Source: a virus (Duplodnaviria; Heunggongvirae; Uroviricota; Caudoviricetes). From it: a stretch of 64,000 bases of DNA. Below, in pieces: positions 9,415 through 15,437 of the stretch. The stretch is taken from IMG/VR virus record IMGVR_UViG_3300032280_000361. The stretch is one strand, 5' to 3'. The translations under genes and the position numbers were made by a program. The notes under the pieces were generated by a model, which saw only the letters and a program-made list of their open reading frames with translations, had not been told where the DNA came from and ran no database searches. How positions within the stretch are numbered: the first letter of the stretch is position 1; every line of letters begins with the position of its first letter.

Positions 9415-9534
9415 TGCCGGAGGAGAGATTGGTTACTCACACGATGTCCACTTAGGATACATCACCTTTCTAGAATTACGGTACGTCTAATAGTTTTTAT
9501 TCGAAACTCAAACTATTCTTTCCGCCACTCCGGC
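9415..9534 (-). ncRNA. Aberrant tRNA-Leu-like RNA with D-loop hairpin insert and degenerate anticodon and T loops
   Basis: Perfect acceptor GCCGGAG/CTCCGGC+A-CC, Leu-like GTGGCGGAA...AGACG, variable arm GATGT/ACATC. Confidence 0.55.
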
Positions 9535-9540
9535 ATATTG

Positions 9541-9614
9541 TGGAGATGATAGGAGTCGAACCTATTACCCTCTGCGTGCAAGGCAGATGCTCTAGCCAAA
9601 TGAGCTACACCCCC
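9541..9614 (-). tRNA. tRNA-Ala(TGC)
   Basis: Cloverleaf, loop CTTGCAC, G3:U70. Confidence 0.93.
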
Positions 9615-9627
9615 ATAAAATTTAACG

Positions 9628-9713
9628 TACCAGAGGTGGGAGTCGAACCCACACGAGCGATTTATGCTCAACAGATTTTAAGTCTGTCATGTCTACCATT
9701 CCATCACTCCGGC
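9628..9713 (-). tRNA. tRNA-Leu(TAA)
   Basis: Cloverleaf, loop CTTAAAA, long variable arm. Confidence 0.93.
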
Positions 9714-9719
9714 ATTTTA

Positions 9720-10136
9720 TTACTTTACAACTGCGTAAAGTTTTGCGTTCTTAAATGATGTTTGTTTATCATCCTCACCAATTAAGATATCAACTCTTTT
9801 TTTATATCTCTTATTCATCACATCTCTTATAGTATAAGTACCACTAAGTTTACCGATGCCTGTAATCCTCACCTTCTTACCAAACTTATACTTCTTTTTC
9901 AAATCTCTACTCACCGCAACTATCCTATGTTTCTTTGGATTAGTAGGATTGATTTCAAACCCACTTGCGGTAATCAATGGAGTACTATCAGTTTGCTCTA
10001 CCGTAGGTGAATAAGTTGTCACCGTAACAATATCAGGCTCAATACCTTTAATCTCCATTTCAATTTCTTTCTCCATCATATTAATTTCCATTGGTAGGAT
10101 AAATAATACAAAAGATAAAATGATGTTTACATGCAT
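9720..10136 (-). CDS. 3D-domain (MltA-like) putative lytic transglycosylase
   Basis: VTTYSP..QTD.TPLITASG, IVAVSRD, D.MN.RY..RVDIL; N-terminal hydrophobic anchor. Confidence 0.8.
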   Translation of the reverse strand: MHVNIILSFVLFILPMEINMMEKEIEMEIKGIEPDIVTVTTYSPTVEQTDSTPLITASGFEINPTNPKKHRIVAVSRDLKKKYKFGKKVRITGIGKLSGTYTIRDVMNKRYKKRVDILIGEDDKQTSFKNAKLYAVVK

Positions 10137-10160
10137 AACATTTTGTTTTAAAGTTTAATG

Positions 10161-10234
<74 letters not shown>

Positions 10235-10239
10235 AAATC

Positions 10240-10404
10240 GTTGTTTCAACTTGCAAGTTTACTCTTAACATCTCTTTCTCTACAACGTCTGAATTTAATC
10301 AACATTTGTAGTCCGAATGTAGCTTTTGGGTAATTACTCCAGTGCTTCTATGTAACTCTATATACCTTGCTTTGTTACTAAGCGTGTTAAGTGTATGAAA
10401 CAAC
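10240..10404 (-). ncRNA. Candidate structured ncRNA (165 nt) between tRNA-Asp and tRNA-Arg
   Basis: Terminal stem GTTGTTTCA/TGAAACAAC continued by CTTAACA/TGTTAAG; internal hairpins. Confidence 0.5.
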
Positions 10405-10407
10405 TTG

Positions 10408-10481
10408 CGGAATGTATGGGACTCGAACCCATGACCTCATCCGTGACAGGGATGCATTCTAACCAACTGAACTAACACTCC
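10408..10481 (-). tRNA. tRNA-Asp(GTC)
   Basis: Cloverleaf, loop CTGTCAC, G73. Confidence 0.93.
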
Positions 10482-10486
10482 AACTG

Positions 10487-10559
10487 AGCCTCCCATCGGA
10501 ATCGAACCAATGACCTACTGATTACAAATCAGTTGCTCTACCTGCTGAGCTAGGGAGGC
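10487..10559 (-). tRNA. tRNA-Thr(TGT)
   Basis: Cloverleaf, loop TTTGTAA. Confidence 0.93.
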
Positions 10560-10564
10560 AATTG

Positions 10565-10636
10565 TACTCAGTACGGGATTCGAACCCGTATTACATCCGT
10601 GAAAGGGATGTGACCTAACCCTTAGTCGAACTGAGC
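10565..10636 (-). tRNA. tRNA-Glu(TTC)
   Basis: Cloverleaf, loop CTTTCAC. Confidence 0.92.
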
Positions 10637-10640
10637 GTTT

Positions 10641-11039
10641 TTAAAAAGGTAAACTGATAGAACTACTATTAAATGCACTTCTATGTTTTAACTTTTGTAT
10701 TTCCGCTATTAATGTCAAATAACTATTAACCATACTATTCTTATGTAACTCTTCACATACTTGTCTAAGAAACTGATTCATATCCCACATATCTTTCCTA
10801 CGAAATATCCTTTTGATATTAGGAGTAATCTGCGTTGGAACTATATAAGCAGTCATCCAAAACTCTGTATCTTTTGCCTGTAATGTTACTTTTAATAATG
10901 TATCTCCGATATTTTCAGAATTATCCATTTCCAATACATAGAAATCATCCTTATCCGTATAAGTAGAGGATATGGATAACCCCGCTCCACTAATGAATAC
11001 ACTCCTATACCTTAACTTATCCCACCCTTTTATTATCAT
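10641..11039 (-). CDS. Hypothetical protein
   Basis: ORF directly behind promoter 11047-11078. Confidence 0.65.
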   Translation of the reverse strand: MIIKGWDKLRYRSVFISGAGLSISSTYTDKDDFYVLEMDNSENIGDTLLKVTLQAKDTEFWMTAYIVPTQITPNIKRIFRRKDMWDMNQFLRQVCEELHKNSMVNSYLTLIAEIQKLKHRSAFNSSSISLPF

Positions 11040-11046
11040 AACTTTA

Positions 11047-11078
11047 CAAAGATACGAAAAAACATTGATATAACCTAA
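11047..11078 (-). promoter_or_regulatory. Bacteroidota-type promoter
   Basis: TTAG-N20-TATCTTTG. Confidence 0.7.
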
Positions 11079-11098
11079 TATTTCTTCATTTATTTCCG

Positions 11099-11184
11099 CA
11101 GAGAGTGAGGGGCTCGAACCCTCGCGGCTTTAACACCCTAACGATTTAGCAAACCGTCCCCTTCACCAACTTGGGTAACTCTCT
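11099..11184 (-). tRNA. tRNA-Ser(GCT)
   Basis: Cloverleaf, loop TTGCTAA, long variable arm, G73. Confidence 0.92.
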
Positions 11185-11188
11185 ATTG

Positions 11189-11262
11189 GGTGTCTAATGA
11201 GGTTCGAACTCATACTATCAGTACCACAAACTGACGTGCTGACCATTAACACTATAAACACC
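11189..11262 (-). tRNA. tRNA-His(GTG)
   Basis: Cloverleaf, loop TTGTGGT, G-1:C73. Confidence 0.92.
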
Positions 11263-11271
11263 ATTTTAATT

Positions 11272-11538
11272 CTATTCTTTAGCCGCTTCAGCCCAATTCT
11301 CATTAACCATTGACCAATAGTTTTTGTTTAAGTAGATAATATCATATCCACTATCGTTTCTATCTATGAAGATAATTCCTTTCTTAACCAATGAACCCAA
11401 AGCCCCTCTGATTGTTTTTGTTGGGATGCCCATTTCTTCACTCAAATCGTTTACATCCACATCTGAATAACCAGGTTCCGCATATAAACAACTAATGAAA
11501 GTACTCAATGTTTTGTCTTCTAACCATGTAATGTTCAT
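11272..11538 (-). CDS. Winged helix-turn-helix protein
   Basis: VNDLSEEMGIPTKTIRGALGSLVKKGII pattern. Confidence 0.75.
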   Translation of the reverse strand: MNITWLEDKTLSTFISCLYAEPGYSDVDVNDLSEEMGIPTKTIRGALGSLVKKGIIFIDRNDSGYDIIYLNKNYWSMVNENWAEAAKE

Positions 11539-11568
11539 AACTTTTATATTTTAAGGTTTATAATTTAA

Positions 11569-11790
11569 TTATCTAACTACTTCACCACGCTCTAACCAGA
11601 ATGAATCATTTCTTCTGGCATTCATCTCCCACTTAGCTCTCTCATACCTCTCATTACTAATCGCACCCATCTCAAAACAATACTCCATATTCAACTCAAA
11701 AGGAGAAACACGCAAATGCATCGCACGAGTTATTAGGAACTCACAATACTCATTAACACTCATCAAATCCAAATTGGGTAAACTATTCAT
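11569..11790 (-). CDS. Hypothetical protein
   Basis: ORF behind promoter 11826-11857. Confidence 0.65.
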   Translation of the reverse strand: MNSLPNLDLMSVNEYCEFLITRAMHLRVSPFELNMEYCFEMGAISNERYERAKWEMNARRNDSFWLERGEVVR

Positions 11791-11825
11791 ATCTTTTATC
11801 TTTATGTTTAACTCTTATTACATAG

Positions 11826-11857
11826 TAAAGGTAATACATTTTGCATTAAAAGTCAAG
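11826..11857 (-). promoter_or_regulatory. Bacteroidota-type promoter (early class)
   Basis: CTTG-N20-TACCTTTA-CTATG. Confidence 0.65.
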
Positions 11858-11877
11858 CTTTATTTCATTTATTTTTG

Positions 11878-11947
11878 TCGCATGTATGAGGTTCGAACTC
11901 ATTTGGTCATCCTTATGAGAGATAACTCTTTTCCACTAAGCCATGCA
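11878..11947 (-). tRNA. Atypical tRNA-Met(CAT) with shortened D arm
   Basis: Loop CTCATAA, T arm ATGAG-TTCGAAC-CTCAT, acceptor TGCATG/CATGCG; only 70 nt. Confidence 0.7.
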
Positions 11948-11952
11948 GTTTG

Positions 11953-12023
11953 AGGTGGATATTGGATTTGAACCAATGTAAATGGTTTTGCAGACCACCT
12001 CCTCACCTCTCGGACAATCCACC
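11953..12023 (-). tRNA. tRNA-Cys(GCA)
   Basis: Cloverleaf, loop CTGCAAA, U73. Confidence 0.92.
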
Positions 12024-12029
12024 CTATTG

Positions 12030-12101
12030 TAGCCCCTAAAGGATTCGAACCCTTACTAAAACATCCGTAGTGTTTCGTGCTATCCGTTACACCAAAGAGC
12101 C
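12030..12101 (-). tRNA. tRNA-Arg(ACG)
   Basis: Cloverleaf, loop CTACGGA. Confidence 0.92.
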
Positions 12102-12107
12102 AAATTG

Positions 12108-12178
12108 CACCCCCTGAAAGATTCGAACTTTCATCTGCGGTTTTGGAGACCGTTATGCTACCATTGCACCAAAGAGAT
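12108..12178 (-). tRNA. tRNA-Trp(CCA)
   Basis: Cloverleaf, loop CTCCAAA, G73. Confidence 0.9.
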
Positions 12179-12183
12179 GTGTG

Positions 12184-12257
12184 TTGGAATAGATGGACTC
12201 GAACCATCGACTTTCACCGTATCAGGATGACACTCTAACCAACTGAGTTATATTCCA
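12184..12257 (-). tRNA. tRNA-Ile(GAT)
   Basis: Cloverleaf, loop CTGATAC. Confidence 0.92.
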
Positions 12258-12263
12258 ATGTTG

Positions 12264-12339
12264 TCGGATAAGCAGGATTCGAACCTGCGTGCTCCACATC
12301 CCAAATGTGGCGAGATAGACCTGACTCCTCTACTATCCG
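12264..12339 (-). tRNA. tRNA-Pro(TGG)
   Basis: Cloverleaf, loop TTTGGGA, C1:G72, A73. Confidence 0.92.
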
Positions 12340-12345
12340 TTATTG

Positions 12346-12419
12346 TGAACCCGAATGGACTCGAACCATTGACTCCCTCATTAAAAGTGAGGTGCTCTAA
12401 CCAACTGAGCTACGAGTTC
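12346..12419 (-). tRNA. tRNA-Lys(TTT)
   Basis: Cloverleaf, loop CTTTTAA. Confidence 0.93.
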
Positions 12420-12425
12420 ATTCTG

Positions 12426-12498
12426 TGGAGAAAGTTGGTTACGCTCCAACTCCTGTGGATTTTCAGTCCACTGCTTCTACTAAGTTAGCTTCTTCTCC
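12426..12498 (-). tRNA. tRNA-Phe(GAA) with non-canonical D and T loops
   Basis: All stems intact, loop CTGAAAA; T loop AGCGTAA, D loop lacks GG. Confidence 0.8.
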
Positions 12499-12505
12499 TA
12501 TTAAG

Positions 12506-12587
12506 TGCCTGCAGATGGACTCGAACCACCGAACTCCGAAGAGAGGAGATTTACAGTCTCCAGCAATTGCCACTATGCGATACAGGC
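12506..12587 (-). tRNA. tRNA-Tyr(GTA)
   Basis: Cloverleaf, loop CTGTAAA, variable arm. Confidence 0.92.
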
Positions 12588-12591
12588 AGTT

Positions 12592-12685
12592 AAAAGATTA
12601 ATAACACATATAGAAGAAATCACATCTTCTCTTCCCCAAAAGAGGAATTAGTTTCATCCACATAGGCGATTTACATTAATCTTTT
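12592..12685 (-). ncRNA. Candidate structured ncRNA (94 nt) between tRNA-Val and tRNA-Tyr
   Basis: 11-bp terminal stem AAAAGATTAAT/ATTAATCTTTT, two internal hairpins. Confidence 0.45.
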
Positions 12686-12686
12686 G

Positions 12687-12760
12687 TAGAAGATATAGGA
12701 TTCGAACCTATGACTCTCGCCATGTAAAGGCGATGCTCTAACCAACTGAGCTAATCTTCT
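12687..12760 (-). tRNA. tRNA-Val(TAC)
   Basis: Cloverleaf, loop TTTACAT. Confidence 0.92.
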
Positions 12761-12765
12761 GTATG

Positions 12766-12847
12766 TGCCCCCTAAGAGACTCGAACTCTTAATCCTTTCG
12801 GTCTTGTGCCTAAAACAAGCGTGTCTACCAAATTCCACCAAAGGGGC
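12766..12847 (-). tRNA. tRNA-Leu(TAG)
   Basis: Cloverleaf, loop TTTAGGC, variable arm CC-GAAA-GG. Confidence 0.9.
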
Positions 12848-12860
12848 AACTTTCCCATAA

Positions 12861-12871
12861 TGTCAAAGAAC
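12861..12871 (-). promoter_or_regulatory. rrn-type boxA antitermination element (similar copies 14231-14240, 14553-14562)
   Basis: GTTCTTTGACA on the transcribed strand. Confidence 0.65.
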
Positions 12872-12880
12872 TTTCTTTTG

Positions 12881-12952
12881 CGTTGGTAATAGGGGTCGAA
12901 CCTATAGCCTATCGGTTAACAGCCGATTGCTCCACCATTGAGCTACACCAAC
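12881..12952 (-). tRNA. tRNA-Asn(GTT)
   Basis: Cloverleaf, loop CTGTTAA, G73. Confidence 0.93.
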
Positions 12953-12960
12953 ATACACTA

Positions 12961-12997
12961 AAACAAAAAAACCCCTAACTTTTTGAGTTAGAGGTTT
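12961..12997 (-). terminator. Intrinsic terminator (attenuator) directly upstream of the 12-tRNA block
   Basis: AAACCTCTAACT-CAAAA-AGTTAGGGGTTT followed by U tract. Confidence 0.8.
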
Positions 12998-13026
12998 CTT
13001 TATATGAATATGAGTATTTGTTCTAC

Positions 13027-13185
13027 TTATCCTACATCTGTATCCTCTAACTTTGTACTAATATAATCCACCTTGCCTAATTCTAGTTGCACCGGATTGC
13101 TTATTGTACTAAACATACGAATCCCGCACCACTCATTTCTCAATGTAGGTTGCGAATTATTTGTATGTAAGTTAAGAGTTTTCAT
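13027..13185 (-). CDS. Putative attenuator leader peptide (52 aa)
   Basis: Manual ORF MKTLNLHTNNSQPTLRNEWCGIRMFSTISNPVQLELGKVDYISTKLEDTDVG; contains AGTTAGAGG complementary to the terminator 5' arm. Confidence 0.65.
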   Translation of the reverse strand: MKTLNLHTNNSQPTLRNEWCGIRMFSTISNPVQLELGKVDYISTKLEDTDVG

Positions 13186-13229
13186 CTTTTGTTAATATAA
13201 GTATCTAATATTTTTGTTTTAAATAAAAA

Positions 13230-13299
13230 AAGTAATTCATCTTCAAAATACGCCACGTCAAGTCATGCTCCGGTTAATATAAGCCTCGATAAATTACTT
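13230..13299 (-). ncRNA. Candidate stem-closed ncRNA (70 nt)
   Basis: Terminal stem AAGTAATTTATC/GATGAATTACTT followed by U run. Confidence 0.35.
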
Positions 13300-13306
13300 C
13301 TCACTG

Positions 13307-13347
13307 CTATCATTATTGGAATCGAACCAACTCTAACCATTATGATA
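13307..13347 (-). ncRNA. Mini-tRNA (acceptor stem plus T arm, no anticodon arm)
   Basis: TATCAT-A-ATGGTTAGA-GTTGG-TTCGATT-CCAAT-A-ATGATA-G-CA. Confidence 0.6.
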
Positions 13348-13357
13348 ATAAAAAAAT

Positions 13358-14218
13358 AAGGATGAGAATACTCCATATTGTGAACCAGCTTTATAAGGGT
13401 TATTAGTTGCCTTAATTTCCACTTCCTTTTGAGAAGTACCAATTCAATGTGGGTAAGTAATGCCTACCAATCATAAAGTTACAAATTACTCTCTTCGTAC
13501 TCATTTTCTTCAAGCCTCGCAGCCTGATTAGTTCTTGCGGAATTAGAAACCTTTCGAAAGAATCACATTTACCTTGAGAGTATTTGTGGCAGGGAACAGC
13601 TCCCTACTATGTACACACCTTTCGTCTGTAACTGGCAAACACTTTTTCTTTATGATTATTAATTTTTGAAGTCAATATCAAAAGTTTTTGGTTTGTAGAT
13701 TTGTTCAAGTAGTGGTTTGCCACCAGCTCCGTTATCTTTTGAACAACAGAATACTAAACTACTCGATGTGATATCCCTATCACCATATTTTGAGTCATCT
13801 TCATTTATAAGTGTTGGTACACTTTATAAAAGGATAGTAACAGCACCATCTGTACACAGTCTTATCTTAATGGGTTTCCCCAATTTGATGTTAAGACCAC
13901 TCTAATATTGAATCACGCAATTATATGAAGGGATTAAGTTCATACTTCTTACATAAATTCTATGAGTTATTCTTATTGGTGTTCCCACCTCAACTGAACA
14001 ATCTACGTTTGCTCAGTCACCTCTACTCCTCTCCTAAAGTGTTACCCTCAGTTACTAAGCAGTTGTGATATCTCACTTGCATACTCGAGCTCACCTCCCT
14101 TACGGGGGAGAAGCCGCAGAATAGTTAACCAACTACTCCACTTTATCCTTCTTTCGAAGTTTATTTAACGACCATATGCGGCCACTCTATTGTGTAACAC
14201 TAAGTTACTATATAGAAA
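13358..14218 (-). ncRNA. Large ornate structured RNA (~860 nt), GOLLD-like
   Basis: No credible ORF, own promoter plus boxA, many GNRA-capped hairpins and AGTA/GAA motifs, inside a phage tRNA cluster; family inferred from size and context. Confidence 0.65.
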
Positions 14219-14256
14219 TTATTTCATTAAATTAAAGAACTTTTCTTTTGTTTTAA

Positions 14257-14288
14257 CAAAGATACGAAAACTTTTTCATATTTCCTAG
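14257..14288 (-). promoter_or_regulatory. Bacteroidota-type promoter for the large ncRNA
   Basis: CTAG-N20-TATCTTTG. Confidence 0.7.
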
Positions 14289-14315
14289 TCTTTTTAAAAC
14301 TTTTTTTTACAAAAA

Positions 14316-14409
14316 GTGAGAGGGGTATCCGGCTTTGTTAACCCCCTTACCATAAGGAAGTGGTCACTCATTCGGTTTTATTAGATGATGGCTTCAACCA
14401 CTCTCTCAT
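14316..14409 (-). ncRNA. Candidate structured ncRNA (94 nt) with own promoter
   Basis: Terminal stem TGAGAG/CTCTCA, hairpins GTGGT/GACCAC and CCTTA-TGG-TAAGG; followed by U run. Confidence 0.5.
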
Positions 14410-14418
14410 TTTGTTCTA

Positions 14419-14450
14419 CAAATATACGAAAAGGTTTTCACATTTCCTAA
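14419..14450 (-). promoter_or_regulatory. Bacteroidota-type promoter
   Basis: TTAG-N20-TATATTTG. Confidence 0.7.
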
Positions 14451-14473
14451 TTTATTTGTAAATATTTTTGTTG

Positions 14474-14545
14474 TTGCGGGAGAAGGATTCGAACCTCCGG
14501 CCTTTAGGTTATGAGCCTAACGAGCTACCACTGCTCTATCCCACG
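14474..14545 (-). tRNA. Initiator tRNA-fMet(CAT)
   Basis: Cloverleaf, C1xA72 mismatch, loop CTCATAA. Confidence 0.9.
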
Positions 14546-14585
14546 ATATAATTTTAAAGAACTTCTGTTAGTATTTATATATATA

Positions 14586-14617
14586 CAAATATACTATAAA
14601 AACATCGAAATTCCAAA
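14586..14617 (-). promoter_or_regulatory. Bacteroidota-type promoter for tRNA-fMet
   Basis: TTTG-N20-TATATTTG. Confidence 0.7.
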
Positions 14618-14633
14618 AATATTTTTATTTTTT

Positions 14634-14888
14634 TTAACTATGGCAATTCATAGCACACATAGATAATAGGAAGATGTTGTTTCTACAATCTGTATCTGCT
14701 CTACTCATTGCTAGGTATAAGTTATTAGCAACTACTGCCTCTACAAATCCACCACCTGCATAAGAACTCTTATCTCTGGTACACATAATTGATACCATAA
14801 TATCTATGATGTGGTTACTTACATTTTCATAACCCCACTCTTTAGCGAATTGAATAGCTCGCTCTCTATTTTGCTCTCTGATATCCAT
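14634..14888 (-). CDS. Hypothetical protein
   Basis: GGGFVEAVVANNL..A.SRAD motif; packed operon. Confidence 0.7.
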   Translation of the reverse strand: MDIREQNRERAIQFAKEWGYENVSNHIIDIMVSIMCTRDKSSYAGGGFVEAVVANNLYLAMSRADTDCRNNIFLLSMCAMNCHS

Positions 14889-14898
14889 AGTTTATATT

Positions 14899-15084
14899 TT
14901 ATTTTTTAATAATCAATTCCAAATTGTTGTCATCGAATCGTAGTCCAACAACTTCTCCACCATCACCATTAGTATTAGATTCAACTAACTCCATAAACTT
15001 TTTAAGGTCTACTGCTCTTACGAAGATACCACCCTGGCATTCTCCTTCAAATCCATCTTTCCAAAATACTTGTTCGTTAAACAT
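14899..15084 (-). CDS. Hypothetical protein
   Basis: Packed co-directional ORF. Confidence 0.65.
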   Translation of the reverse strand: MFNEQVFWKDGFEGECQGGIFVRAVDLKKFMELVESNTNGDGGEVVGLRFDDNNLELIIKK

Positions 15085-15088
15085 AATA

Positions 15089-15436
15089 TTATATTTTATT
15101 TTTTATCTGATTTATATGCTTACAACCATTACCTCTACTAAATCCATATGCTGGACAGGAACAACTCCATTTACCACTATCATTGATAACTTCATAAATC
15201 TTACCTTTACTTCCTTCAGCGGAAAAGGTTTGTTTTTTAACAGATTTTGGTAGTTTTACTACTGATATTGTCTCTTTTTTAAACTCTGGCTTTAACCACA
15301 TTTCCTTTAACTCTTTCCAACCATATTGTCTATCTACTTCAACCCAACCTAATTTAGGGTCAGTTGTTACGATATACCATTGACCGGAAATAACCGATTG
15401 AAATGAAGTTGGTGGCAAAACTGAGGTTATTATCAT
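15089..15436 (-). CDS. SWIM zinc finger protein
   Basis: GSKGKIYEV...WSCSCPAY......CKHI. Confidence 0.8.
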   Translation of the reverse strand: MIITSVLPPTSFQSVISGQWYIVTTDPKLGWVEVDRQYGWKELKEMWLKPEFKKETISVVKLPKSVKKQTFSAEGSKGKIYEVINDSGKWSCSCPAYGFSRGNGCKHINQIKNKI

Positions 15437-15437
15437 A

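Noticed and set aside
11899-12207. 102-aa minus-strand ORF
   Set aside because: It lies entirely over tRNA genes (Met, Cys, Arg, Trp, Ile)
13358-14218. Large RNA as RNase P RNA, tmRNA, rRNA fragment or group I/II intron
   Set aside because: No RNase P GAGGAAAGTCC core, no tmRNA tRNA-like ends, no rRNA signature recognised, and no interrupted host gene
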